DNA from: Pristiophorus japonicus
Lineage: Eukaryota
DNA: 64,000 nt
Reading direction: 5' to 3'
NCBI RefSeq assembly: GCF_044704955.1
Contig: NC_091986.1
Location: 181,598,001-181,662,000, forward strand
Below are positions 1 through 11,679 of this stretch, in pieces (positions within the stretch are counted from its first letter, which is position 1; each line of letters begins with the position of its first letter). A program made the translations under genes and the position numbers. The notes under the pieces are model-generated. The model saw nothing but the letters and a program-made list of their open reading frames with translations, made no database searches and had not been told where the DNA came from.

Positions 1-547
1 GGTTGTGGGGGTCTGGAACTCACTGCCCTCACCACATTTAAAAGGTGCTTGGATGGGCACTTGAAGTGCTGTGACCTGCAGGGTTATGGACATAGAGCTG
101 GTAAGTGGGATTAGACTGGATAACCTCTTGTTGGCTGGCGCAGATATGATGGTAAGTACTTTAGGGAATCTAATATGGCCAGAGTGATCTCCTGGACTAG
201 TTTCGATCGCCTGGATGGGTCGGATAAGAATTTTTCCAGATTTTTTCCCCCTATCATCCTTGGATTTTATCTCTTTTTTGCCTCTCCCAGTAGATCACAT
301 GGCTCCGGATGGGGTGGAGTGTAAAATGTTGCGATACATGGGGTGTCGCAGTTGTGTGGGGCGGACTGGTTGGGCCGGATGCTCTTTACCTGTCCGCCAT
401 TGTTCATTGTTCATAGGTTTATATGTAACCTTCAGGACTGCTGACCGAGGGCCGCGTGGCTCTTTGTTGGCTGGCACGGACACGATGGTCCGAAATGGTC
501 TTCTTCTGCACTGCAAATTTCAATGTTTCCATGTTTCCATGTTTCTA
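1..547 (+). mobile_element. CR1-clade LINE, 3' end (long-3'UTR subfamily)
   Basis: CR1 ORF2 C-terminal motif (gtctggaactcactgcc), then a 3'UTR ending in (atgtttcc)n/atgtttcta. Closely similar to the reverse complement of 31695-32280. Confidence 0.85.
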
Positions 548-965
548 ACTACACTTTCCCGCCCGACACCTATATCCCTTGATTCCTCAAGAGTCCAAAA
601 ATCTATCGATCTCAATATACTCAAAGATTCAGCATCCACATCCCTCTGGGGTAGAGAATTCCAAAGATTCACCACTCTCTGAGTGAAGAAATTTCTCCTC
701 ATCCCAGTTTTAAATGGCAGACCCCCTATTCTGAGACTATGCCCCCTAGTTCTAGACTCTGCAGCCAGGGCAGACAACCTTTCAGATCAATCCCCCTCAG
801 AACCTTACATATTTCAATGATATCTCATTCTTCTAAACTCCAGGAAGTATAGGCCCAATCTATTCTATCTGTCCTCATAGGACAACCCTCTCATCCCAGG
901 AATCAATCTAGTGAATCTTTGTTGCACCACTTTTAAGGCAAGTATATCCTTCCTCAGATGAGGGG
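548..965 (-). mobile_element. CR1 LINE 3' fragment
   Basis: ORF 520..777(-) contains ESRTRGHSLRI...RRNFFTQRVVNLWNSLP, the typical CR1 ORF2 C-terminus. Confidence 0.85.
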
Positions 966-2439
966 ACATTTATCTTTGACACAGTTAGTCAAGATAGCAC
1001 TGAGGAGCACATCAGACTTTATGTTCTCTCTTCAATGACATCAAAGTCCCAGTTAACCTTGTGGTGTGTAAGGCGAGGTTCCTTCATGACTTCATGCCAT
1101 GGATTCTCCTCGGAAATGCTTCCATGGACCATTTATGAGATCCAGGACCAAGCTGTGAGGTGGATGTGCAGCAAAAAGGAGAAACAGTTGGAGAGACAGT
1201 TGGATCTAGCCTATACTGACTGCTCACTCAGCTCCCCGAAGGGAATTCAGTCTCACAACAGACATGTCTCTTTGCCAAAATCCCATGAGGAGCTAGACTA
1301 AGGAGGTGACGAGAAGTATGCCTCATATATAGAATTGTATATCAATATCTGGAACATCAAAGTGGTTAGAAGTCACAAGCAGCTCACTATGTAGAAGGCA
1401 GCTATTTGTCATGTAGCTGATGATGAAAGTTTGAATCTTGGAATGACAGTTGCTGAAAGGCATTATCTAGAGGCCAAATATGTAAACACACGCTCATATA
1501 TCCAAGGTTCTGTGAATAACATGATTAAGTTGCAGAGAGGTTAGTAAGTTGCTGTGGATATTTCACATCTCTAACTTGAGGAACAACTATTCTGTGGGTT
1601 AGGTGCATATGCATGCTGTAGTTACAAGGATGGTGGCAATGTCGTCACAATTTATGGTGAGATTTATTGGCACCAAGTTTTTACTTACTTCTTTCAGAAT
1701 ATAGGTTGCAACCTCGATTTCTCAGCTCTCCAGTGACCAATAAAGGACTACAATTTCTAGGATGGTGTTAAACAGGACAGGGGTCAAGTTAACATAAAGA
1801 TGGCACATTTGATAATAAGAGACTGGAATTGTTCAGTTCCTCTGGGTGACACTTGATTATCTGATACCTGAGCCAGGCAGGTCCACAGTACTACGGGTAC
1901 TTTACTGGTTAACCAGCCAGCTTAGCTCATTGACGTGACCTGAAGGGGTAGACGTTCACTGGGAGGTAGGGCACTTAGTTCCAGATATCTCTGCAAGCCA
2001 AGAGGGTAGGGTGATCCAAGTTAAACGAGCAGCTGGAAACTCTGCCAACACTGGTATGTTGTACAGTTTTAGTTTGATAAGTTATAGTAACAGCTTACAG
2101 ACACTTGCAGTTTTCTAAGCCTTGGCTATTACTAACCTGTGTCTAAATTCTCTGCTTAGTTAAATGTGGTATATACTCACGAAAGATGAAGTGAGACTCC
2201 CTATCAGACAAATGGAAACCACTTATTTAGATTTCTTATTTATTTGGTTTGGGAACTCTTAAAGATGGCAATGGTTTTACACACATTTCAGGCACTCTGC
2301 AGAATCAACTTGCTCTCACTTATCTCTTAAGGTTTGATTTTAATGCGGGGAAGGAATTGGGGAGCTGGGGCCGAAGCGATTTTATCTCCCAGGCTTCATT
2401 GCATGCCTGACACAGACTCCTGCCCGAAGCCTGTGGTGG

Positions 2440-2600
2440 TGAGCTCAAGGTAAAAGGGGGAAGATCAGCCAAAGTTCCTGTTCCAGATAACGACCCTCTG
2501 ACCATTGCTCAAAAGTGCATATGTGTGTCTGTCAGGTGAGCAATCAATGTGGCTTGCTGTGAGACTCTCCAGAGTTGAATAGTCTGCTAACACTTAAAGG
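2440..2600 (+). repeat. old SINE-like repeat fragment
   Basis: The segment aagatcagccaaagttcctgttcc...gtcaggtgag...gttgaatagtctgctaacac resembles, from memory, a common shark interspersed repeat. It is degraded. Confidence 0.3.
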
Positions 2601-3027
2601 TGTGAAATTGGTCTACATCAGTAGCACGAAACAATCGACAGCCTGACTTCAATGGAAAAGAAAATTGAAGTAAAATGGGCTGCTGAGTTCGCCCCCTTGA
2701 TGTCCAGGATGGACATTTTAGTGAGGTGCCAGAGGCCATCTATGGAAGCGTGCTCCTGCACAGTCAGCTTCTTCAGGAGTAAAAGAGAGAAAAATAGTGC
2801 AGAGAGCAATAAAAGTACATCCTTTTCACAATCCTGTCTGTGCACATCCTGTTTCTCTTCTTGTGATACTGCTACCACTTATTCCCACTTTTCCAACTGT
2901 CCAGGTACTCAGGGGTCAGTGGGTAGCATGTATTAATTTTATTAAGGTGACTTAAATTTGAAAGATGTTATTGTTGGAAGAGCAATTCTGCACCTTTGAT
3001 GTTTAAAGGAAGAAGAGCTGAAATATT

Positions 3028-3125
3028 GGGCTGGACTTTCCACTTCAGATCACTGGCTAGTGGCCGTATATCACCCAGAAAGGCAGGCTATCGCCCATTT
3101 TGATTAAAAAGTGGAAAGTTGGGCC
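3028..3125. mobile_element. small TIR element (Harbinger-type MITE)
   Basis: Imperfect inverted termini gggctggactttccactt ... aagtggaaagttgggcc. Confidence 0.55.
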
Positions 3126-3511
3126 GGAACATCGCTGGAAAATTGCCGGTCCAACTTTCGTGTCAATCTTTATCTTATCGTTGTACAGAAGTACGGAACT
3201 GTGAAATGCTCATACTATTGGGCAACAATAGGGGGTGCTAAAGAGCAGGAGATGGTTGGACTTCAATAGAACACAGCTCAGCTTTTAATCACTTGTCAGC
3301 TGCATCTTTTAAAAACAAATAGAACATTCCCTCCAAATAAGCAACGGATCTCTCTCCACAATAGCACCAGCCAGCTTCTCACACCTATTCACGTTAGTCC
3401 TTTTAACTCACCAAAATAAAAGCGGTCACCCATGAGTTGGACCCCAATCAAATGTCTTTCAATTCTTTAAGAATGGAAAGTCCTTTGCAACTTTCAAAAT
3501 ACAGACATAAT

Positions 3512-4021
3512 GGGATAGAACTTAGCCAGCCTAACGCATGTTTTAACTCAATTTCTTTGCGTTAAAAGTGCTTTTTTGTTGTTAAAAGAAATGTAACAAA
3601 ATTGCCAAAAGGTTAAGAATGGCGATTTTGAAATATCGCCGAAAAGCGGATCGCCAAGGTGCAACGCTTAAATTTGGCCATTCGGTGAACCCACTCTCGG
3701 GTGAAAAAACAACACATGAGAAAAGCAGGAGTTGCAGCCTCAAAAACGCCGGTAAGTAGGAAGACCTACAAAAAAGTAAGTTGAAATTTTTACTTTTTAA
3801 TTCTTTTTCAGCTATTCATTACTTAAGTATTATGTGAATGTTTCCTGATTTTTAATTTTTTTATTTTTGTAATTTTTTTTGTGGTTTCTCCCCTTCCAGG
3901 GCTTGTATTATTGGCGTTGATAGGCCTCGGGCTAAAGTTGGCGAGATCGCGGCTTCCACCGCGAGTCCTAGTGCAATGCCGATTTTTATCGACAGGTGTA
4001 TTTTTGTGTCAATTTTACCCC
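3512..4021 (+). mobile_element. non-autonomous Harbinger-type TIR element, family A
   Basis: Ends gggatagaactt ... aattttacccc. Internal motifs (acctacaaaaaagtaagtt; cctcgggctaaagttggcgag) are shared with 21603-22183 and 29028-29598. Confidence 0.6.
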
Positions 4022-4590
4022 CTTTAAAAATGGCAACATTTTTATTCTTATTTTTTCCCAAAAGTGGCGTTAAAAACCAAATATCGACAATAGTTTCGAT
4101 CATATTACATCTGCCAAACCGTTCTTCCGAAAATGTGTAATGATAGAAATGTGCCCGAATCACAGAACTTTCAGAATAAACTAGAAAAGACAAAATAAGT
4201 TTAACACTTTTAATTGGAACAACATTTACGTTACTAATAAATAGGTTGACTGTAATCTTGTTCTACTTTACACTTTGGTGCTAAAATGATGCTACAGCCC
4301 TCAAAGGACCAATAAGGGCATTTACTTGGTATACAAAGTTTATTGTTTCAAATAAAGGTGTCGTATAACAATATAGATCCGAAAACCTGCGGTACGTAAT
4401 CCTGGCACATCGTGCCATGCTGGGAACTTCCACTATTGACCCTGATAAACTGACTGGGGCTGGGAGGGTAGCACGTAATTGCCTTCAAATGGCGGGCACC
4501 GTGTCATGCCATGATTTAGTCCCCAGAGGGGATGGTGTGTCCCTGTGTCTAGGTGACCACCACCCTACAACCCTCTTTGTGAAAGGGCTG

Positions 4591-4828
4591 TGTAATGTAC
4601 GCACCTGTGGGTGGCTTAACCAGTCACATGATGTTCACCAGACTCAATAAAACACCAGCCAGTTGGGTTTAGGGAATCCACGATGAGGCATGCGGTTTTG
4701 AGCCGAGTGAATGAACTGGTAATGTGTAGTGTGATTGTTAAACTTTTGTTAATAAACCAACTTGTTTTTAACAGCAAAGTGTTGCTATGAATGCTTAAGC
4801 AAAGAACCTATGAAGCAAACACATTACA
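4591..4828 (+). mobile_element. solo LTR (Gypsy-like, family 1)
   Basis: TGTAATGT...ACATTACA termini, AATAAA inside, 5-bp TSD ggctg at 4586-4590 and 4829-4833. Homologous to 43599-43873. Confidence 0.85.
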
Positions 4829-5387
4829 GGCTGCTTTAAGAACGTGCAGGAACATTTTTTGCTGTCAGACCCTTGGGGATTCAGGCCCTGATCCTAGCCT
4901 CTAACCCCTAGGTGGGGTGCACTTCTGCTCTTATCAGGGAGATATGGCTGGTCTGACCAGGCCTATCTCGGTCAACACTACACCAGATCCCAGTGAAGGC
5001 CCAGGATGTGAAAACTCTGACAGTCGGAGATCCTGCCCTTAGCCCTTCCCCTTACAACAATGGCCTTGTTTGGAGAAGGTGGAGGCTACAACACCATCCC
5101 GAAAATGTGGCCGCCAAGCTGGGATACAGCAGGGGGGAAGCCCTGATGCATCTTGCATGTTTTCAGGGTCCATAACTGGTGCGACGAAGTCGAATACAGC
5201 AACATGACATCCTGCGCTGAAAGAGCATTGGACGTTCGTGCAGTGCCATGTTGGTACTTGATAGGCACCCACGGTAAAGCATTACTTAAAAATGATAATA
5301 AGGGTCCTATGCCTGAATCGCCTGCACCTTTTGTTAAATTGGAGTCCGTGTGCACATGAAAGATCACTTCCTTAACCCGCCCAGCAA

Positions 5388-5738
5388 TTTTTTTTTTATT
5401 CGTTCACGTATGTGGGCATCGCTGGCAAGGCCAGCATTTATTGCCCAACTGAGTGGCTTGCTAGGCTATTTCAGAGGGGCAGTTAAGAGTCAACCACATT
5501 GTTGTGGGAGTGGAGTTACATATAGGCCAGACCAGGTAAGGATGACAGAAAGTGAACCAGATGGGTTTTTACAACAATCCAATAATTTCATGGTCACCAT
5601 TACTGATACGAGCTGTTTGTTCCACATTTATTTAATTGAATTTAACTTCCACAGCTGTCGTGGTGGAACTTGAACCCACATCTCTGGATAATTAGTTCAA
5701 GCCTCTGGATTACTAGTCCAGTAACATAACCACTACGC
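5388..5738 (-). mobile_element. tRNA-derived SINE (family B, CR1-like LINE tail)
   Basis: Minus strand has a tRNA-like head (agcgtagtggttatgttactggactag...gggttcaag) and the tail gggcaataaatgctggccttgccagcgatgcccac...gaataaaaaa. Other copies at 51432 and 53397. Confidence 0.75.
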
Positions 5739-5939
5739 TTTAAATGCTGGCAGGAACAGTTGATAACAGCTTTCACAAGCAGTATTTGAAGGGATTTTTA
5801 CCTCCTTCAAAGCAAGTCTCCAGTGAAACGTTTGGGCCAGGTTATTGGCTGTTTTTGCACGTGTTTCCATCGTTAATGCTTTTGCAGAGTTTGTGGAGGG
5901 CAAGAACTGCTTCCCAGAATTTGCTTGCTCTGAATTACC

Positions 5940-7585
5940 TGGATGAAATAGAAGGGGCAGAAAAAAATAGGTGCTGTAGTCATATATGTCAGGGACAGGC
6001 GTGAGATAACTGAAGTTGATACTGGATGATTGTCTAAGCTCCACAGAGAACTACTCTGGATAAAAATCTCTAATGTGAAAAAATACAAGCTAACACTGTG
6101 GGTATGCTACATAACTCCAGTTCAACACAAGAAGGAGGACTGTCTGCTTTAGGAAGAGATAAGAAAGGTATATGAGAACAGGGGAGTTATTTTAATGGGA
6201 GATTTCAACCAACCAAATGGAAATGAAGAAAATCCAAGGGCTTTATGGTCAGAGTTGGTGCAATGCACAATCGCTTCATGAATCAGTGGGGATAATTCTG
6301 ACTTTGGGGGAATAGTATAAAACAGGCTATATATTAGGCCGTAATTTGAGGTCCCTATGGATGTGTACGACGTGTGCACGCGTCTGTTGGGGCCACGCAA
6401 GTTCCGGGGTTAGGCATGCAGCCGCAGGAAAAAGGCCTCCGCAGGCAGAGAGTTGGGTTATTTGCCCAACTTCTGCCCAGCGAATGCCCATGAAATTCTT
6501 ACGCCTGGGAAAAGCAAGCGTAAGGCCTGCTTTCAACAGCATAAGACTTTTAAAGAACAGAAACACAATATTTTTCAATAATTTATACATTTAAAAACCT
6601 GTGAAATAAAGTAAGTTTATTATTAGTCCCTTTAAATTATGTAAATGTATTTTTCAAAAAATTATATTTTGTTTAAAATATTTAATTAAATGGCACTTTG
6701 TTTAATTTTAAATGTGCAATGTTTATTTTTTATTTATTTGAAGTGCATGCGTATTTTTGGAGGTATTCCCATTCATGCTTTTGAGGATTCCATACATACG
6801 GAATCCCCATAAGTATGAATGAGGATCACCTTTCTTTCATTGGTTGGACCAGCCCACGTGATCCCAGTGGCGCTAGCAAACCGCCTGCACCCCTGGGATA
6901 CATGGGCCTCTACCCACGGTTACCAGGAGAGGCCCAGGAGCGCAAGTCTCCATGGATCCAGGACCATCAGGTAAGAGTGTAGATTTTTTGCTGGTCAGGT
7001 AGCCTCTGACCGCAAATTCAGGGCCAGTTCAGCCAACCATTACATATCTCGGCTGAATCAATATCGCCTGGGTTACGCTATCACCCCACGTCAAAATCAT
7101 TGCCTGTGTGTAAGGAAGCCACAAGCGGCAGCGCTCACGTTAACCTGATATCTCTAAATGACCCATACACCCTACAGGAAATAGAAGTTGTAGCACACCT
7201 GGGCCTGGGGACAGTGAGCACAGAATGATCAAGTTTAACATGATCTGGGATTAATTTATATCAAAAACCAGGAACCAGGTTTATGCTTTTAAAAGGCCCA
7301 AATTCAAACAGGTGAGGGAAGAATTCAAAGAGATTGGAGGAGAATATTTGTCAGCATTTTAGTAAAGGTCAAAGAATAATGCTGGCTGTGCAGGATAGGT
7401 ACGTACTTAAGATCAGCAAACTTAGACTAAACAAGTGTGAGCCTAAATGGATTAATAAATTAAACCTGACGTGGAGGAAAAGTGTTGAGGGAAAGGGGTT
7501 CACTGGGATAAGTATAGGATCACATGGAAACATGTCAAAGGATTGATTAGAAAGACAAAGAGTGAAAAAATATAGCTGCAGAGAT
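5940..7585 (+). pseudogene. old CR1 ORF2 AP-endonuclease region (interrupted by a MITE)
   Basis: Decayed APE motifs: RRGRK..AVVIYVRD (about 5950-6000), LWIKI...VCY, ILMGDFN (about 6190), SEH for SDH (about 7215). Confidence 0.6.
6337..7025. mobile_element. non-autonomous Harbinger-type TIR element, family C
   Basis: TIRs ggccgtaatttgaggtc ... gaccgcaaattcagggcc, left flank tta, AT-rich core. cacgtgatcccag motif shared with 45008-45737. Confidence 0.7.
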
Positions 7586-7589
7586 AAAT

Positions 7590-8000
7590 GGGCCGAAATT
7601 GCCTGAAAGCAGCGGCCACGGGGTCGGTGTGGACTGGCCACTGAGGTATTGCGGGGGGGCTGCCATTTTGTATATTGCCCTCCTCCAGTTTTGGAGCGGT
7701 TTCGAGGACCGCCCCACCCGTTTTCCCGCCGCGTCATGCACGTGCCGACCCCTTACCGAACGACGGTGACACCTTTCCAAATTTGCCCCGCGGGAGCGGT
7801 GCCCCCGACAGCTTTTTCTGTCGGTAACTATTCTGTGGCTGGGCGGCGCGGCCATCCTTAAAGGGGAGGTGGTACTACCGGCGACTCCATTTTATTTTTT
7901 ATTGTCAGCCGACTGCCAGATCGAGCCAACAATTATGTCCACGGGTTCGGCCAAGCCGCTATCCGACAACCTGGCACCCCCTCTTTGGTGGGATGGAGGG
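7590..8000. mobile_element. truncated Harbinger-type TIR element, family D
   Basis: Starts gggccgaaattgcc, GC-rich. The ttaaaggggagg...ccatttt core is shared with 58666-59447. Confidence 0.55.
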
Positions 8001-8071
8001 GTGCTTTTCACCTGCTTCTTTGACTAACTTCTGTCTTTATTTTAAAGGTGAAAACTCTTAAAGTTGTGTAA

Positions 8072-10567
8072 AGTTGGGGAGGAGTTAAACTAATATGGCA
8101 GGGGAATGGGAACCAATGCAGGGAGATAGAGGGAAACAAAAAGGAGACAAAAGCAAAAGACAAAAAGGAGATGAGTAAAAGTGGAGGGCAGAGAAACCCA
8201 AGATAAAAAACAAAAAGGACCACTGAATATAAAGGGGCTGCAGGAGGGGTCAAAACTAAAAATCATGGTTTAAAAACTAGTATTAAAACACTCTACCTAA
8301 ACGCACGCAGCATTCGAAATAAAGTAAATGAGTTCACAGCTCAAATCATTACAAATGGGTATGATTTGATGGCCATTACAGAAACGTGGTTGCAGGGGGG
8401 CCAAGACTGGGAATTAAACATACAGGGGTATCTGACGATTCGGAAAGATAGACAAGAAGGGAAAGGAGGTGGGAAAATAGAAGATTGGGAAAATTTTAAA
8501 CGACAGCAAAGAATGACTAAGAAAGCAATAAAGAAAGGAAAGATAGATTACGAAGGTAAACTTGCGCAAAACATAAAAACGGATAGTAAAAGCTTTTACA
8601 GAGATATAAAATGGAAAAGAGTGACTAAAGTAAATGTCCCTTAGAAGATGAGAAGGGGGATTTAATAATGGGAAATGTGGAAATGGCTGAGACCTTAAAT
8701 AATTATTTTGCTTCGGTCTTCACAGTGGAAGACACAAAAACCATGCCAAAAATTGCTGGTCACAGGAATGTGGGAAGGGAGGACCTTGAGATAATCACTA
8801 TCACTAGGGAGGTAGTGCTGGACAGGCTAATGGGACTCAAGGTAGACAAGTCCCCTGGTCATGATGAAATGCATCCAGGGTATTAAAAGAGATGGCGGAA
8901 GTTATAGCAGATGCATTCGTTATAATCTACCAAAAGTCTCTGGACTCTGGGGTGGTACCATCGGATTGGAAAACAGCTAATGTAACGCCTCTGTTTAAAA
9001 AAGGGGGCAGACAAAAGGCAGGTAACTATAGGCCGGTTAGTTTAACATCTGTAGTGGGGAAAATGCTTGAAACTATCATTAAGGAAGAAATAGCGGGACA
9101 CCTAGATAGGAATAGTGCAATCAAGCATACGCAGCATGGATTCATGAAGAGGAAATCATGTTTAACTAATTTACTGGAATTCTTTGAGGATATAACGAGC
9201 ATGGTGGATAGAGGTGTACTGATGGATGTGGTGTATTTAGATTTTCAAAAGGCATTCGATAAGGTGCCACACAAAAGGTTACTGAAGAAGATAAGGGTAC
9301 GCGGAGTCAGAGGAAATGTATTAGCATGGATAGAGAATTGGCTGGCGAACAGAATGCAGAGAGTCGGGATAAATGGGTCCTTTTCAGGTTGGAAATCGGT
9401 GGTTAGTGGTGTGCCACAGGGATCGGTGCTGGGACCACAACTGTTTACAATATACATAGATGACCTGGAAGAGGGGACAGAGTGTAGTGTAACAAAATTT
9501 GCAGGTGACACAAAGATTAGTGGGAAAGCGGGTTGTGCTGAGGACACAGAAAAGCTGCAAAGAGATTTAGATAGGTTAAGCGAATGGGCTAAGGTTTGGC
9601 AGATGGAATACAATGTCGGAAAATGTGAGGTCATCCACCTTGGGAAAAAAAACAGTAAAAGGGAATATTATTTGAATGGGGAGAAATTACAACATGCTGT
9701 GGTGCAGAGGGACCTGGGGGTCCTTGTGCATGAAACTCTTTTGAGTTTACCTGAAAAAAAAACAAACATTAAACCGTGCCACCCGCCTGGGTGACACAGC
9801 AGACATTTTCAAGGCCCCTTTTTTTTTCCTTTTTTTGTGTTTTTTTTTTTAGGGTCCTTGTGCATGAATCCCAAAAAAGTTACTTTGCAGGTGCAGCAGG
9901 TAATCAGGAAGGCGAATGGAATGTTGCCCTTCATTGCAAGAAGGATGGAGTACAAAAGAAGGGAGGTCCTTCTGCAACTGTATAGGGTATTGGTGAGGCT
10001 GCACCTGGAGTACTGCGTGCAGTTTTGGTCACCTTACTGAAGGAAGGATATACTAGCTTTGGAGGGGATAGAGAGACGATTCACGAGGCTGATTCCGGAG
10101 ATGAGGGGGTTACCTTATGATGATAGATTGAGTAGACTGGGTCTTTACTCGTTGGAGTACAGAAGGATGAGGAGGGATCTTATAGAAACATTTAAAATAA
10201 TGAAAGGGATAGACAAGATTGAGGCAGAGAGGTTGTTTCCACTGGTCGGGGAGACTAGAACTAGGGGGCACAACCTCAAAATACGGGGGAGCCAATTTAA
10301 AACCGAGTGAGAAGGAATTTCTTCTCCCAGAGGGTTGTGAATCTGTGGAATTCTCTGCCCAAGGAAGCAGTTGAGGCTAGCTCATTGAATGTATTCAAGT
10401 CACAGATAGATAGATTTTTAACCAATAAGGGAATTAAGGGTTACGGGGAGCGGGCGGGTAAGTGGAGCTGAGTCCACGGCCAGGTCAGCCATGATCTTGT
10501 TGAATGGCGGAGCAGGCTCGAGGGGCTAGATGGCCTACTCCTGTTCCTAATTCTTATGTTCTTATTA
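8072..10567 (+). mobile_element. young CR1 LINE (ORF1 end, ORF2 with internal deletion, 3' tail)
   Basis: GEELN* ORF1 end, LYLNARSIRNK and ITETW (APE), RT motifs NYRPVSLTS, LDFQKAFD, GVPQGSVLGP, KFAGDTK, and a ttcttatg tail. Frameshifts and stops present. Confidence 0.95.
9735..9851 (-). mobile_element. 5'-truncated 3' tail of a Tx1/L1-like LINE inserted in CR1
   Basis: 17-bp TSD gggtccttgtgcatgaa (9718-9734 and 9852-9868). The sequence is homologous to 43882-44026. Confidence 0.85.
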
Positions 10568-11208
10568 TGTTACACCCTTGATCAAAAAGGGGGAGAAGGA
10601 TAAACCTGGCAACTACAGACCAGTCAGTTTAACGTCGGTCGTGGGGAACCTGTTGGAAACAATAATCCGCGAGAAAATTAACAACCACATCCACAAGCAT
10701 GGACTAACAAAAGAGAGCCAGCATGGATTTGTTACGAGCAAATCGTGTTTGACTAATTTGATTGATGTTTTTTGTTAAGGTAATAGAGAGGGTGGATGAG
10801 GGCAGTGCAGTTGATGTTGTGTATATGGACTTTCAAAAGGCATTTGATTAAATACCACGTATTAGGCTTGTTGGCAAAATTGAAGCCCATGGAATAAAAG
10901 GGGCAGTAGGAACATGAATACAAAAATGGCTAAGGGATAGAGAGCAGGAAGTTGTGGTGAATGGCTGTTTTTTGGACTGGAGAGAGGTATATAGTGGAGT
11001 TCCCCAAGGTTCAGTACCAGGACCACTGCTGTTTTTGATATATATTAATGACTTGGACTTGGGGGGTACAAGGCACAATTTTAAAATTTGCAGATGGCAT
11101 GAAACTTGGAAGTGTACGAAACAGTGAGGAAGATATTAATAGACTTTAAGTGGACTTAGACAGAGTGGTGGAATGGACGGACATATGGCAGATGAAATTC
11201 AATGCAGA
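10568..11208 (+). mobile_element. older CR1 RT segment (outer element, left part)
   Basis: KKGEKDKPGNYRPVSLTS...MDFQKAFD...GVPQGSV...WQMKFNAE. The reading resumes at about 20523 with KCEVIHFG. Confidence 0.85.
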
Positions 11209-11679
11209 ACATAAGAACATAAGAAATAGGAGCTGGAGTTGGCCATTTGGCTGTATTTTCGGTTCATTTGCATCCTGTTTAGCGCCTGGGCGGAGCACAA
11301 AAACGATTTTTTGGGGGTTTGCAAAATGAGGTGCACAACATTTTGTGGCCGGGCGGAACTTTCAGCAGTGGTTTTGCGGCAGCGCTAAAGCTTAGCACCC
11401 GCCCGATGTTTTCACCATTTGGATAATGTCAATCGGTATGCAATGTGCGCTAGCACCCCGCGTGGAACTTTTGAGCATATTGCCCGATTTACGGTCCGCC
11501 CGGGAGCCCGCCAGCAAAAAGCAGTCAGACCCAGGGCGCTCCCGATGCTAACGGCGCCATCTTTAAAATGGAGGAGAAGTTCAGTGCATTAAAGGATTGG
11601 GAGAAGAAGGCTGCATTTTTCATAGTGAAGTTTTATGTGAGTTTATAGTTCGTTTTAAAGAACATTTAAGGACTATACT

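Noticed and set aside
2618-2936. Overlapping 86-94 aa ORFs in unique DNA
   Set aside because: No recognisable domain, and no convincing pair of splice sites.
4109-4180. Possible minus-strand exon (ttttctag|...YSESSVIRAHFYHYTFSEERFGR|gtaata)
   Set aside because: The acceptor is good but the donor is weak and the peptide is not recognised. It cannot be supported without RNA or homology data.
9733-9748. Histone mRNA-like stem-loop (6-bp stem, TTTT loop)
   Set aside because: The stem lacks the GG..CC base of the histone consensus, no histone ORF is adjacent, and the TTTT loop is antisense to the LINE.
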